A DNA stretch of 64,000 nt. It comes from Dipteris shenzhenensis. Lineage: Eukaryota. Position 1 is the stretch's first letter, and each line of letters opens with the position of its first letter. Location of the stretch: the NCBI GenBank assembly GCA_047967505.1, contig CM106538.1; one strand, written 5' to 3'. The translations under genes were made by a program, and so were the position numbers. Shown here piece after piece: positions 23,370 through 38,400 of the stretch. Under the pieces are notes generated by a model that did no database searches, had not been told where the DNA came from, and worked only from the letters and a program-made list of their open reading frames with translations.

Positions 23370-26115
23370 TCAATGGTTGCTGGCTGGGCTTTCTTTTGAC
23401 AATAGGTGTAGTGACTCCAAGCAAACTCCAAACTCTAACATCTTTCCTGAATCTAACATCTTAATCGAGATTGATATCTTCCAACTTCTCTCGTCTCCCA
23501 TGATATCGATTATCTATCGTAGCCTCCATTTTCACTAACTACACAAGGGCATCTTTTTCTATTGCTAGTGCTATCACTAGACCTTCACTCGTGCAAGTAG
23601 TGTAGCCTTAAAGGTTTCCAAGATTTTAAACTTTTACTTTGGGATGTCCAAATGTAAAAAGACAACTAACTTATTTGATAGTGGGTTCTAGTCCCATTGA
23701 TTTTTTTTCATTTCATTTTCTTATTTTTAGCTTTTGGAATTTTAATCTCAGATTTGTATTTTACACCAAAAAGCTAAGGCTTATACATTTCGAGCTACTT
23801 GAACCTTGATGTTCTCTTCATGCACACTACAAAGCATGAGAGAATTCGGGCTTGTAGAAAAGATGGATATGGTTCCATAGGCCTATCCATGCAATCACAC
23901 ACATTTTGCATCCTCTATGGAGGGAGGACTACTCGGATGATGTTGACTTGATTAGAGGGTGGACATTTTTCCCTAAATGGGCAGAGCATGCAACATTGCA
24001 AGATTCTTTGGAGAACCAACTCCTCTCATTTAGGAACCCCTTTGGGGAATTCGGCTTAGCTAATGTATGTTTCTTCATAAAACCTAGTTGAGGCCTTTTT
24101 CATGGTGGGAGAAATACGGTCAATGCACACCAAAGTTAAGCCCTCAAAATCCTTTTAAGATTGCTCATCTAGCACTTGTGAAAGAAATTGAAGTGTGTTC
24201 TCACTTAACACACTACAAAATGGAAGAGTGTTAGCATGGTATGATGTACTAGAGTAGGAAAGGATAATATTGTAGGAAACTCATTGGGTGTACTTGAGTG
24301 ACAAGGATGTGGCTAATGGAAATTCATCCCAATGATTAAGGCTTTGGCTAATGGAAATACATCCCAATGATTGAAGATCGGAGAGAAGAAATTGGCTGAG
24401 GCCTAGTGTTGGCATAACTACACTGATAGGTAGCAGGAGCTTCCTGAGGGAATCAAATGCGAGCACCGAGCTCAAGCGGGCTACCACCCATGATGTGCTA
24501 GTTTCTAAGTCACCCACACAAATCACCTTTGGGAAGGGGACTATTCACCCAATGATTGAAGTCCGGAGAGAAGAAACCCTACTCATGGCATAACGATGGC
24601 TAGTAGGTTCACACCACTTGCCTGCCATCCTCCAAAAGGTGGTGTGAAGGGTTGCTATCCTAGTTGGCCCAACCTATGAAGGCCACCCACTGCAACATGA
24701 TTGGCCCATTCCATCTCCTCCATTTACTAGACCAATCTTAGGTTGATGACATAAATTAGCAACATGTTGACTTCTACTAGACTCGATGGTCGTCCTCCAA
24801 TTCTATTTCCTCCTCCATGGGCGAGTGGTTAGTTTATGAGTAGAGAAGTAGGGAGTGAGCTCAATCGGACGAGCATGAAAATGGTCGCGGATCGGTGGAT
24901 CAGCAGATCATGATTGATCGATTAGGGGACCGGAATACTCAAGGAAACGCCTCCCAAAAACAAGGTGGAAATCCCACTAAGGCCCTTCCTTTGGGAATGT
25001 TATTATAGGTGTAGGTGTTAGAGTGCATTATGCATAAATGTATGCAATGTAATGGTCTCTCCATTATGCAAATGAGTAAGTTGTTGATTCTTTGAATTCT
25101 AACTCGAAGCAAAGTACTCCATCATGGTTTGTAGATTTGTTGATTATGGTGGTTTCTTTAGATGTATTTATGCTACTACAATCTTGCTTACAACAGGGTG
25201 GCACAATCATTGAGTCCCCATTTAGAGGAAATGTAAAGTAGCTTTGATAAATATTACAATAAAATTTTCCAATAACTTATAAAAGGAAAACTAAAGGTGT
25301 ATGAAATGGAAATAGAAAAATGCAAGTAAAGGTGAATGAATATGGTGAAAGGGTAGATGAGTGAAAATAGAGGAGAGCAAAGAGATGAAAGAGGGGACAG
25401 GCCATTAAATATGAGTGGGGACATGGCCATTTTGGCAAGATCTCACATGCTTTTAATAAAAGTGGTGTCATAGAAGCTGAATGACAAAATAATTCACTAC
25501 CTCTCATGTGAGGTCAAAAACTTAATCCACACAAAGTGACAAAGTCATTTAGGACCCTCACAAAAAGACAAAAGCCTAAACCTAGAACTCATTACAATGG
25601 CCTAAACTACCACTAATCCTAACACTAAACACCCATTATCATGCCATTAACATGGTCAACTTGACCAAATGAACTAACTCCTAAATAATGAACGTGATTA
25701 GCAAAAAATTTATCCATCCCTCCATAGACCCTTAGTAGGGCCAGAAAAGGTTGGTTAGAGGTTGTTCCCGCAATTGCTATCCAAGCAAATATGCCAAAAA
25801 ACTCAACCGTTTCCTTCGTTCCCTTGTTCAGCCCCGTAAATCTAGTTGCCATAGTGTAGCATTGCAAGTGTTGCGGTGGAGACGGGAATTTTCCCTCTCT
25901 ACTTGGGATTACGGGGCTCAAACTGTTTTGAGGATGAAATCAAAGTTGAGAGCAAAGTGCGTCCAAGAAATTTAATGAAGGCTTCAAATGGCGTTGGCAT
26001 TTTTGCTAGCCAGGGAAAGGCAGGGAAAGGCCATTTGGGTCCAAGAAAGGCGTCCCCATAGCTTTGAAGCAAAGTAGCTTGTGTCCCTAGTTTGGGAGCT
26101 TGGAAGCTTCAAGCT

Positions 26116-26599
26116 ATGGAGTCCGATGCTCTTCCTCCATCTCCATCGCCATCGCCATCGCCAACCCCAGATGCCTTCTTCTCTTTGCCCCTCTCCCCTG
26201 CTCCTCTTCCGCCTCCCTCCTTCACTCGCCACTCCTCCTTTAGCTATCCCCCTCCCACCTCCTCTGCCCTCTCTCGGAACTCCACCTTCCACTCCCACGA
26301 CTCTAGATCCCGTGGTAGCTCCCTCGATCGCATCGTTTCCATGACCCGTCGCCAGGCCCCCGAGGTCTTCCGCGCCGACGAGGACGTTTGGAAAGGGCAG
26401 TTCGTCTCCGAGGATTTTGCCAAAATTTCAGAGGATCCTGGCCGAAAGTCCAAACAACATCCCTCGTCCACCTTTCATTTGGCGTGGAATGCCCTGAAAT
26501 CGGGCAACCGAGGCGCAAGGAAACTGTTGGTGCTCATAATACTTAACGTCACTTATTCCTCGGTGGAGTTGGTTCTGGGTCTGATTTCAGGCCGCGTGG
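26116..26599 (+). CDS. MTP5: MTP5 exon 1
   Basis: MESDALPPSPSP...GLISGRV(G); gtaatg donor. Confidence 0.88.
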
Positions 26600-29500
26600 G
26601 TAATGAAGCTTAAAACTTTTGAATTGTTCCTCCTTGAAGTCTAGCATTGCAGAGGGTCTTTGATCTCCGCCAGCATGGAAGCACTTCCTTGCTTTATTTG
26701 CTCAAATGTTATCCCAAAACAATGCAGTATTTTTCTCATAGGTTTCACAGTACAACATTCTTTAGTAATTGCGATGGTCTGCTCTTCGTATGTAGCTTTT
26801 TTTGATCTCTTACGATATGTTTTCTGTTCCGGATGCACCATGAAACATCAGAAACATAGGATGACGTCTATGTTTTTGTCACTGAAATACTCTGATTTTG
26901 AAATTCGATTCTGTTTTGTCACACTGAGGACTGGACCTTTGGCGTAATTTGGCAGGCTGATACCTTGTCCTGATTGCTGATACCTTGGCCTGATTTTATT
27001 TCAAAACTGTGACATTTGAATTTTAGAGCTGCTGTTGCTTGTAGAGCTTGCCAAACGTTGCAGTGTGTTGTGAGTGTGTGCTTGAAAGTGAGCGATGAAT
27101 ACACATTTTAAAGAAGTTTCCAATTGAGACCATTGTTTCTCCATCTTTTTTGCAGGTCTTGTGTCAGATTCTTTCCATTTGACGTTTGGTTGTGGATTAT
27201 TGTCATTCTCCTTGATTGCAATGCTGTACACCAGGAAGCATGATGACATTTACAGTTATGGGTAAGTTTAGAGAGAGAGATTCCTGCTATACGTAGCGTG
27301 AATTTGAAACTCTGCTGATGTGTTTGGTCCAATATGTCAGTATAGGAAATGGACGGACAAGTTGAGTGAACTGCAAGTTTGTATGCATTGCCTTCACAAT
27401 TCAATGGAAGCATTGAATTCACGAAAGATACCGCCACATACTTATTGACGGTAGAAGTGTATTGAGTTATCTTCAAGCGGCATTCAGGAAGGTTAACGTT
27501 CAACTTGGGTTTCTGTACCAAACATATGATCTGTATCATTTCCACAGTGTATGCTGGAAGATTCAAGGGAGGGCTTTGAAACCTGATTGGATTCAACTGG
27601 CTGCCCATCTGAAGAGAGGATTTCTCTATTAGTCTATTTGGTTGCCCTGAAACCTGATTGGATGCATCATGCAACTGGCTGCCCATGTGAAGAAGAATCT
27701 ACATTGCTGAAGTGTATGAGTGGGCTGATTGTAGATCTCTAAAAAGTTGCTCTTCCAAGACTGAATGTATTCCGGGGTTGCTTTTATAATCTTGGGCCTT
27801 AATCATCCCATTCTAAAGTACAATCTTACTATCCTCCATACAACTTGCAGCTAGATATTGTGTCCATTGATGGTGCATGTGATATCCCTGTTTTTGAAGG
27901 CCAAATAGCGCTCAAGTCAGCCTTCTTATACAAGTCTAGTATTTGGGGAAGAAAATCTTTAGAAGCCCCACGGTTTGCCACAGAAGAATCTTCCCTTTGC
28001 TTGGATACTATATTCACTTAAGAGCAACTCATACGAGTGATGGGGAAGTCTTGATATTCTGATTTAATATTTCACAAAGAAGGAGACAGGCGTTATGTGG
28101 GTGAAATCTTTGAAGTACAAATGATATCATGAGCTCTATTTGTGATTTAATATTCCACAAAGAATGAGACAGTCACTACGTGGATAAAATCTTTGAAGCA
28201 CAAATGATACAATAAGCACTAAAAGCATTTTTTCCCAATGGTTGAAAGAAACGCACACATATCCCAACAACCCAAGGGACTTGACTCATATAAGCACTTG
28301 TATACATGCCAATTTTATAGGTACACACCTTGCATTCTTGTTGGTAAGAAGTAATACTATTTGCGGAAATGATAAATAGGGTTTGAATGCTCTAAACTTT
28401 GATTGTTGTCACTATCGTCTTGCTAAGTACGATTATGGAAAGAAACGAACTGAATCCTTGCAACTTCTCTTAAGGGAATGTTTGGGGCTTACAGCAGTCC
28501 TTTTCCCCTGTATATGCAACTATGCTTACATCTACTTTCTTGTTAGTCATGGCGGCTGGTAGTCCTGAGATTACTTTATTGTGCTCTTTTATCTTTGTTT
28601 AGTTACTAACTGCGAGTGTTAAGTAGATTGCTGCATTTATATATCATAGAGAATGATGATGCAAAATTAATGAACATTGCCTTGGGTTGTTTCTATCTGT
28701 TTGTTGAATCTAGGATATATGCTTCATTCTTGCATGCATGCATGTATTACAATGAAGCTATCTTAGGGTCAATAGTTTTGTACTGCATACAAGGTTGAAT
28801 CATCAAAACATGTTTTGGTTGTAAAAAGCTTCTTACTTTGTGTCAACAAATATTTATTCATCAGGTATAAAAGGTTGGAAGTCCTGGCAGCTTTTACAAA
28901 TGCTGTAAGTTTCTGGCTTTTAGTTGTGGCACGATTTTTATATTTTTTCTTGAAATGAACATGTACTTGCTTTTCTTATTTGTCGAGGAAGGCTGGGAAG
29001 CCTTTGAACATAAGATGAAAGAGCATTTGCTTGCAGGATATATAGTCTTATACTTGTTTAATTCCTCATAGTATGAGACAATAAAATCACTATCGTGTGC
29101 TTGTCTTGTTGTGCCTGTAGGCAGCTGTTTCTCCTTTTTCTTTCCTTTTCCCTTGCAGTTGAGGCACTGCATGCCTTTGTTCAAGACGAATCTGAGCACA
29201 AGTAAGTGACAAATGATTCCTGCCACAGTAGCTGTTTCATAGCTGTCATACTTGCATTCTGCTATCTTCTGCATGCAGAAATAGCAACCAAATATGGAAG
29301 TTCAATTTAATGTCAAATGTGCATCTTACCTTTAAAAAAAAGGCAGTTGACTTAACCACAGATGGTTCAGGACTCTCTTTCGATCTTATCGATGGTAGTA
29401 GAATTTTGCTGCACTTGACGAGGAGGGTTTGATATGTATTGAGTGTGGTACTGATGTTTTGTCAACACTTCAGCAAATCTACACACTTTAGTGCTAACAA

Positions 29501-32500
29501 CTAAGCTGATCCTTGTCATCATACAGGCACTATCTCATCGTTTCTGCAGTGACGAATCTGTTTGTGAATCTTTTAGGAGTGTGGTTTTTTCGGAGCTATG
29601 CACGTATCCGCATTGGTAAGTATCTTTCCTGATCTCCTGCAGGCTGTTGATGAGTGATTATTTATCTTTATTTGACTGAAGATCTATAATGATTCCAACA
29701 GATTGCAGTGAACAGTTTAGTGGATGCTAGCTTTTTGAGCTCAAAACCCTTTTTTTTGGGTGGAAGTATATACAGTAAAGACCCTGGGTGCACAATGCTG
29801 AGCTAGAGGCTCTAGGTCAAACAGCCCGAGGCGGGAAATAAACTCCCTTGGTTGCAGAATTCATGACCAAAATGGTCAAAAGAAATCTAGGGAAGTAGAA
29901 AGTGAAAGGACCTATCTAGTGATTAACAGGCTAGGGGAGACTATTGTCAATCTACGTTTCATTCGTCTGTACAAGCAGTTTTGGTCTGCAAGATGTCCTC
30001 AACAATCACCTTGACGTAGTCCTTCAAGGGAGTGAATGAGACCAGACCTGATGGCAGCTAACATGTCTTAAGATGATGAGGCAACATTCTATAACGTGTG
30101 TCCATCACTTGATGCTTAACTACAAAGGATCCCCCAAGAGTGTTGGGGCCCTTTGATGCTCCACGTTGTGCAATATTTTGAGTTGTATGATGTATGTGTT
30201 GTGGTGGGTTTTATTGGCTATTTTTCAAATGATCATTAAGTCTTTTTTCCATGCCTGAGGCCTGCTTTCACGAAGGTTTCTTCAGTTCTCAAATGAGTTG
30301 TAATTTACCTAGCTTTCTCGAAGTTGTCTCCTCCATTCTATTGTGGTTCTTTTTGCTAGAAGTTAATGCATAAGGCTTGGTACTTGGCATGCCATTTTTT
30401 GGACCAACCAATGGACGTTTCTAAAATTGGGTATCAGTTATGCTGAGCTAGGGCAGCTTGTGGACACAACAGGTCAATTAAAGATTTTGACCTGCTACAT
30501 GGTATTGCCCCGTCAGCTACATCACTTTGGCCTTGTGTCTTTTTCACACACTCTTGTACACATTGTCCCTCTGATTGTGAGAGCTTTGTCAATACAAGAC
30601 AGGTGTCTACTTACTCGTTCTTTCTTCTGCTTGCATTCGCTAAGCTCCAATATGGTATTAGAGCCCACGGTGAGCAAGAGAGAGCTGTAATTGTGCAGAA
30701 ATCAACAAAAGACAGTTTGTTTTTTGTCACAGAGTAGAGAATTAGCAAAGGGAGACACTACATCATCATGTGACAATTCTATTGCAAATATTGCCAGTTC
30801 TTAATGATTTTTGGTGCTATTTTCTGCAATTCCTCAAACCTCAGAAATTTGCAGAGCTGAAGAACTTTGCAGCAACAGAAGGCAGTAGCAAGCATTTAAT
30901 CCCGGTGATTTTCACATGCGTGAAATTTTCGAAGTGCTGAAAACATTGTAAATACTGACGAATTTCATACATGTGAAATTCAGCATCAACATTTGCAGTT
31001 TCTCAATGGCCTAATGGGGGCCAATACCCACTTGTTGTATGAGGTGCTCCAGCTGCTCCGTCGAAAGTGCACTCAGGAACACGTCAAAAGTGTCCAACGG
31101 ATTTCAGTATATCTCATATCTCATTCTTCTATTAACGTGCACAAAGTAACTCAGACATACTCAGATTTTAATATACACACAGTAGTTTTGACCCATAATT
31201 CCAGGATGGTATTGATATTACTGAATGTGATTTGTAAAATAAAAAAAATTTCCCATACTTATAATATAACATTGAGGCATTTTGAATTTATAATGTATAA
31301 GTTAAAAGGAAAAAACATGTAACGGTCTGAATCAATTATATCACAAGTCACACGTTACAATGTATTGTCGAGTGGCACTCTTGTGATAAAGTAGGAGCTA
31401 CATGCAATCATCAACAAGGGTCTTCAAGTTAGAAAACCCCGTCGGTTCTAAGTGAGCGATTATTGCTCGAGGTGTTGGGTTGTGGGTTCAAGAAGATCTG
31501 AACTTGATGTGCCGCTTGGAAAGGGCCAAGAAAAAGACATACTCCACGTGAGGTGAGGGTTCCTGATTTTTAAAAAAAATTTGCAGGTTGCCATCTTGAG
31601 GGTTATGGTACTGGTAACGTACGTTCCGTACAATACACATGGGAAAAATGTGCTCCATATGAGTTTTGTGTAAACTTAACATTGTCTCTGAAATAAAAAA
31701 ATGACCCATTGTGTTTATCATGTATGTTGATAATTGCTAGATGAAATAAGGATAGTATTATTGAGACATTCAAAATGAGGGAGTAAAGGTGGAATGCATG
31801 CAAGGAAATTGTAGACTAATAGACTGCAAGAAATGATGAACAACAAACTGTGTATTGCACGGAAGATAATCGACTACATCTTGAAGACTTCTCGCGCTAG
31901 ATCTGCATACAACATCTCGTCATAAAATGGATCAAATGTAGCAAGCAGGTGAGCATCATGGCTGGAAGGAGGAGCAGCCATGAAATTGTGAAATCATGAG
32001 AAGACCACAAATTGATCAATCACCAACAAAGGCGCACCTTTCATGCATATGAGATCACATGTTGTTTTGCTCACCAACTCATTTGTCCATGGTTTACCTC
32101 GCGTATCCACGGTTTCTCAACACCCCCCTCAAACTGAGGATGGGCAATCTTGAGATCAATTGCATGAAAGCTTGTTGCCAATAAATTCTTATGCAATCCA
32201 AAGCGAAGGATTTTGATCCCAAAGTTGACACACAATGAAAACTTGTATAGATGCCAAATATCACTCACAAAGCCACGTGAGGATTACAAAAGCATTCTAT
32301 CCGATAATATCCGCAGCAGACCAAATTCGAAATACCAAACCTAGATGAGCAAAACCAAGATTTGAGAAGAAACTATCCGAAATGATAAAAAACACAATGA
32401 TTTACGGGGTATTTTGGGCTTAGAAGACCATCTTATTTCCTAATTTATATGCTGCTCTAATATGCTGCTAGAGCAGCAAGTTCTTCTAGAATGCATACTC

Positions 32501-35417
32501 ATTGTAGTATGTGTCATTGACGACGCATAACCCTACGATTTCTTATCATAGTCACAAGAAATGTTTTGTCTATTTTGTCATTTTGTTTTTTCGACACGGT
32601 TCGTTGTGTCTTTTCAGGCGAAATGGATAGGTTTCGAATTGATACTTAATATATACAAGGATAGGGGCAAATAAGATATGTTATATTCAAGTTCAGAGTG
32701 AACAAAGAGAGATACAAGTCAAGACACCTAAAAAGGAAATTCAAAACACAAACACACTTCAAATTTATTTAGATTCAAGCTTTCAATGTCCTTTCTCAAG
32801 TTCGGATAGGTATTTGGATTTGGGCAAAATTGAGGTTTCGTTGAGAGACTTTCGTCCTGTTTTGAGATGTTTTGGCTGTTTTGTTGTTTTGAGGTTTTGA
32901 TAGGACGAATGTGAGTATATGCTTCTTATGCAAGAGCATAAGCAGACTCCTTGTCCTTTTCGACCTCCTTGTTCCTTTTTTTTGTGTCATCTCTCTTCTA
33001 GTAATCCTTGTGTCTTGGCTTGCCATAATAGCCATATAGAATTTACTTCCGTTCTTGTTTACCTTTGCTTTTTGAAATCTTGCATGCAAGAGCTCTATCT
33101 GTTGGAATAGGGTTGGTCACCTCCCCATCTGTTGGTCCCCCAATGAGGAGTCCATTGGGGGGGTTGGTCCCCTCCCCATCTGTTTGGGCAAGGAGGTATA
33201 GAAAAAGCTTGAAAGCATGCCTTTGTCAGAAAGTGAAATCTTTGGAAAGATTCAAGGTGATGGATTGCAAGCATATGCTCGATCCAAAAGATACCAACTC
33301 AAAATTGAGCAAGCATGACACTTCATCATAAGTTGATGCCTATCTTATCACTATCTCATGGAGATTTGGTTGTACCATAAGAGGATCTCCTATGACAAAA
33401 ATGGTTGCATTACTATCTTTAGGAATTTTGTGTTTCATGCTTTGACAAAATATCTCAAGACACACTGTTGTTTTGTTTGGGGACAGGCTTCAGTGGAAGA
33501 TTAATCTCATGTTTGTGCAATCAAACTGCTTACAGTTTTCACGGAGTGCTATAAGACATTCCATCATCATATGTGCAGATCTTAAGAGCAGGGTTCATTA
33601 ATATTCTTTGATTAATTACAATACACTAGTGTGCTATGTGGGTCTGTTGTCCGCTCTCTCTAGGGTGCTATGTGGATGTGCTGTCTGCTCTCTCCCCGTT
33701 TGTTGCCGACAAAAGTACCCTGTATGGAATCTGAAAATGCTGTATTATCTGAATGGTGTAGTTGTGGGTGCTACCCAACATGCTGATTCCATAACATCTA
33801 GATATTGACGAGGCAAAATCTGCAAGCTGAAGCTCTCAATTCCATCAAAGGAGCAAAGCTTGTTTGTAGGCTTTTTAGCTTTGCTACCTCGTGTCATATT
33901 AAGGATATATAGACCTTCCAAGACCCATTGACTAGCTATAGGACACTGGAACATTACTCTCCTGCCACCTAGTGCAGTACAAATACAACTGCATTGCTGG
34001 TATCAATATCTCTTCTGCTGTTGTCCAGTCTTACTGGGAAAACAGACAGTAATGATCTAGGAAGTCCTACTTCAATTGATTCTTTTGGAACTTGCTCAAA
34101 AAATGTGTCCACGTTCAAATTGATTCTGTGACATCCTACTTCAGTTAACTCTACATAAATGCTTTCCATGATAAATTGCTTGAGCTGCAAGCAAAAATTA
34201 GCTTATTTTGTGAATTTCTTGCTTCTCTTTTAAAGAGGTCAAATCACGACCTGTAAATCTGAAATTCAAAATTTAGGAATAGAGTGACAAGGAATCCTTA
34301 TTTGATTTTTTGAGAAAGTCAGTAAGTTATGAGAAAGTGCCTATTACTTTTCATAAGGTTTCCCAATGTTTTCTAAACAAGTTTCCTTTTTTGGGGGTAT
34401 CTATGCAGCTTACAGGAAAGCGGAGGACATGAACTATCATTCGATTTTTCTGCATGTTCTTGCTGATTCTATTCGTAGGTAAGGTTATTTATCGAGTGGT
34501 TTATTGATCTTTTCAGAAGCACAAATAGCATGTATTGAAATAATTGGGAAGTAATATTTACACTTGGGATTACGAATGAGCTAATTGAAGAGACTAGGAC
34601 TTTTGTTAAAACTAAGCCTACAATCTACTGCATGGAATAACAAAGAAAATCTAACGACGAAACATGAATGACCAAATTTTATTTCATAAGAGCTTTTGGC
34701 AGCTTAAGGACTACATCAGTGAAAGATGATAGTGAGCCAAACAACGAGCCATCAGAAATAGTCAAGGTTGCATGTAGGAATCACTGCCACGATCATCTTG
34801 CATGGAATTCTGGAACCTCACCGCTCCATCAATTGCGCCATTAAGGGCAAATGGCCCGAGATTCACCAGCCCATGCAATCCATGCAATCACTAGCACCAC
34901 CAAGTGGCAGAAGTTGTACCAACCCCTCCTTCATCAGATGCCCATCTCAAGGCTTGGTTTCCAACACCCCCCCCAAGCTGAAGATGGGTAAAAAGACCTG
35001 CTGCATGAAAACTTTCTCGGTCAACGAATTCTCAAAGGATCCAAACAAGAAAGGTCGTGAACCGAAGCTGAGGAAGAACAGCACCTGAACAAAAGCATAC
35101 ACATCTCTCACAAATAAAAGTGAGGATCAAAAGCCTTCTGCCCAAAAGAAACGATACAGACGATGAAAATTCCCAGCCACACGAAGACATTGATTTGAAT
35201 AGCTCGATGTATTCATGCGACTCTTAGACACCTCAATATATTTATATGACTTCACGAAACACCTAAACCTGATGGTGATCAAGACAATGCCTACATATAC
35301 ATACACAGATACATACACACACACATACATACATAGAGAGAGATTGAAACTGCACTATGTTGTGTTTTTAGAGGATGAGTTTGGGAATGTTCTTGGATTC
35401 ATCTAGGTATACAACAC

Positions 35418-35457
<40 letters not shown>

Positions 35458-38400
35458 ACGTCCACGGGAGGCGTCGCGGGCCTATGGGACAAACAAATTC
35501 GTGTAATTGCATACACTAGTATGGAATAATCTTGATCCTTAGTGGACAGGTGAGCCTCAGTGGGCTGAAGCAAAGGGCATGCTAGGCCCCTTGCTGAGTA
35601 CTAATGTATGCTAACAAAGTCATAATTATAAAAATAGTCAACTACAACTGCATAGTGGATGCTCAAGTATGTGTGGGTGTGTGGATTTGAATGTGTGAGA
35701 GCATATTTTTATACTATGGTCTACACCCACTGTTGGGCGCTGATGATGTCAATGGGGATGTCATAGTAGCGAGTCCCTGCTATGCATGATGGAGTTTATG
35801 GTTTTCAACCTTGTGAGTGACTATCATGAGATTGAACTGCACTATGTTGTGTTTTTAGAGGATGGGTTTGGGAATGTTCCTGGATTAATCTAGGGATATG
35901 CTTATGCCGTATTAGCAGACATGCAAATCTCACCTTGTGAAGTTTTCGTCCAAGTTGCGGCCTGCTGGTATTGTGATAATTCTTTCTATCTTAAATGGTG
36001 CGTTGCCCTATCAGCTAGATTTAGATTTAGATGCTCGTTGGGGAGAGACTAAAATGAAAATTTTTAGACTTCACAAGCAGTTGTAGCTTGAATGAAGAGA
36101 TTTTGGACTACCTTTTGATTAGTCTTCTCCTTTAGTGCTAGCCTTCATCATGGCTGAGTCTGCCCTTCACCTCCGGAGTGCCGACAAAAACTCAGTACGA
36201 AGACTTTGTATAAATGGAGGCTCAAGTATGTGTGGGTGTGTGGATTTGTATGTGTGAGAACATATTTTTATACTATGGTCTACACCCACTGTTGGGCGCT
36301 GATGACGTCAGTGGGGATGTCATAGTAGCTAGTCCCTGCTATGCATGATGGAGTTTATGGTTTTTAACCTTGTGAGTGACTATCATGAGATTGAAACTGC
36401 ACTATGTTGTGTTTTTAGAGGATGAGTTTGGGAACGTTCCTGGATTCATCTAGGTATATACAATCAATCAATCTAGGAACAGACTGAAAAACAAGTTAGT
36501 TTCGACACTGGGACTCAGAAACAGGATAAACAACCAAAGACTGGTACAGCGATGGCTCTCTGGTGGGCTGCATATCAATGTCTCTGGGATCTGCATCTCT
36601 TGTAATCTCCTGATCATGCTGGATTGTGGGACAGTGTCAAATGACTTTTGAAAGTCTACAAAGGATTCGTAGACCTTCTGGTGTCTAGATCTTGCCTCCT
36701 CGATGATAGCCCTTAGAGTGAAGATGTGATCTAGGGTTGAATGTTGTCTCCGGAATGCGTCCTGTCCTAGTGCCTGCTGCCCCCGAGCCTCTGTATGACT
36801 GCTGAGCTGTTGGAAAGTAGAGGATAGAATCACTCACTGCTCTCTCTCCCGATTGCAGCACATATGACACTCAAAGAGAGATAGAGAGAGAGAGAGAAAA
36901 ACTCTGATATATTCTTTCACTAACAGTGGGCTGACAAAAGTTCAAGAAGTGAGCAACAAACAGCAAAGAGATGCTGATACAAAAGGCTGAGTCTATTCCT
37001 CTCCCTGCACCCTTGCCCGGGTGCAAGGGCTGTCAGTGCTGCTGATGAAGAAAAGTGGGGGGGGGGGGCAGGGGGAGGGGGTTTATGTAGGTGGGCAGCA
37101 AGCCCCCTAAACTGGCCGACTTTCCAGTCGGTTCCAGTCTGCTGCACCGACTTCCAGAAGGGCCTAAATGGCTAACTTTTGGTCGGTTTCTAGGTCAGCC
37201 CTTTGGCCTATATAAGGCCCCATATGCTGGGCCTTTTTGGCTGCTGCTGGCTGGTACACATGTGCTGCCGATGCCCCCCGCATGGGCCTGTGGTGCTGGC
37301 GCTCTGTTCCATGCAGGGTGCTGCCCTCAGACAGCAAGGTACACTCAGCTCCATCCCCCTATTGTCTCTTGTCCCCTTGTCCCCTCAAATCGGGGGCTCA
37401 CAGGTGGGGCAGTAACATTTCTAATGTGAGCTCCCTCTCTAAAACCGATCCATAAATCTTGGCTAGTGTATGGCCAATCATGAGGGTACGGTAATTCCCA
37501 GTTTTCATAGGGTCTTTGGCTTTGTGTATCAGCACAATCGCGGTGGTGATCCAAGCAGGTGGGGATAGCTCGTTTGAACATGTGTGCCAGGACCAAAGCT
37601 AGGACCTCCTATCCATGTGCTAAGCGCTTAGTCCATAGGCTCTCGTGGTCTTTCTCTCTCTGATTGTGTAATCAACGAAGTGCAGGTCGTACGTTCTGTG
37701 TGGTGAACAAGTGACATGTGGTGGGCTTGGGCATAGAGGACATATCCGGTGGTGTCTGCATCTGGGCATCATAGAGGGAACATGCATATGTGTGCCATAT
37801 ATCCGGGTCAGTGATGGGAATAGGTGGCTTCCCTTCCAATAGAAACCCCTATCTAGTGGTCGGGTGAAACCGGCCTCTAATCACTCAAAGGGCAGTGGAA
37901 CTAAACCTTTAATCACTTCAGCACTTATTTACAGCTCACAAAGCATATATCACAACCATTAACCATTGTATGATCACCATTTGGCGTTTACCCATTTGTT
38001 CACAAACAAAACCACTGAAAAAGGGATGGAGGCTAGAATGCCCCTGCTCAACAGACATAGACAAGTGCACCCGATTGGCTCCAAACACCGTGGCGCCCCT
38101 TTTGGTATTTCTTTATATTTCACAGTGAAATGATTACAAGTTGCATCTGGGAGACCTTCCCTGCAACGGAGCATGCAGCCCCAACTCACTAAGCCTTCGC
38201 AAGGCTTTCAAGCATAGAACACCATCACATAAGTGCACTTAACCCATAGGCTCAACGCAAAGGCATTCTCTTTTCCGAGTGCAATTCCATTGGCTGTCCA
38301 GATGCAATCACACTGCACCCCAGCTGCACTCTCTTTGAGTGGTTTCCAGATAGCATTCACAAAGCTTTTTAAAGCTCCAAAATAAAATTAGCAAAGTACC

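Noticed and set aside
27108-27686. 192-aa minus-strand ORF
   Set aside because: Antisense to MTP5 exon 2 and its intron, includes a local tandem duplication, and has no recognisable domain.
30400-35260. LTR remnants in MTP5 introns 5-6 (PBS-like tggtattagagc ~30653; PPT-like ends ~32120 and ~34965)
   Set aside because: Probably decayed LTR elements, but no LTR pairs, TSDs or coding domains could be defined.
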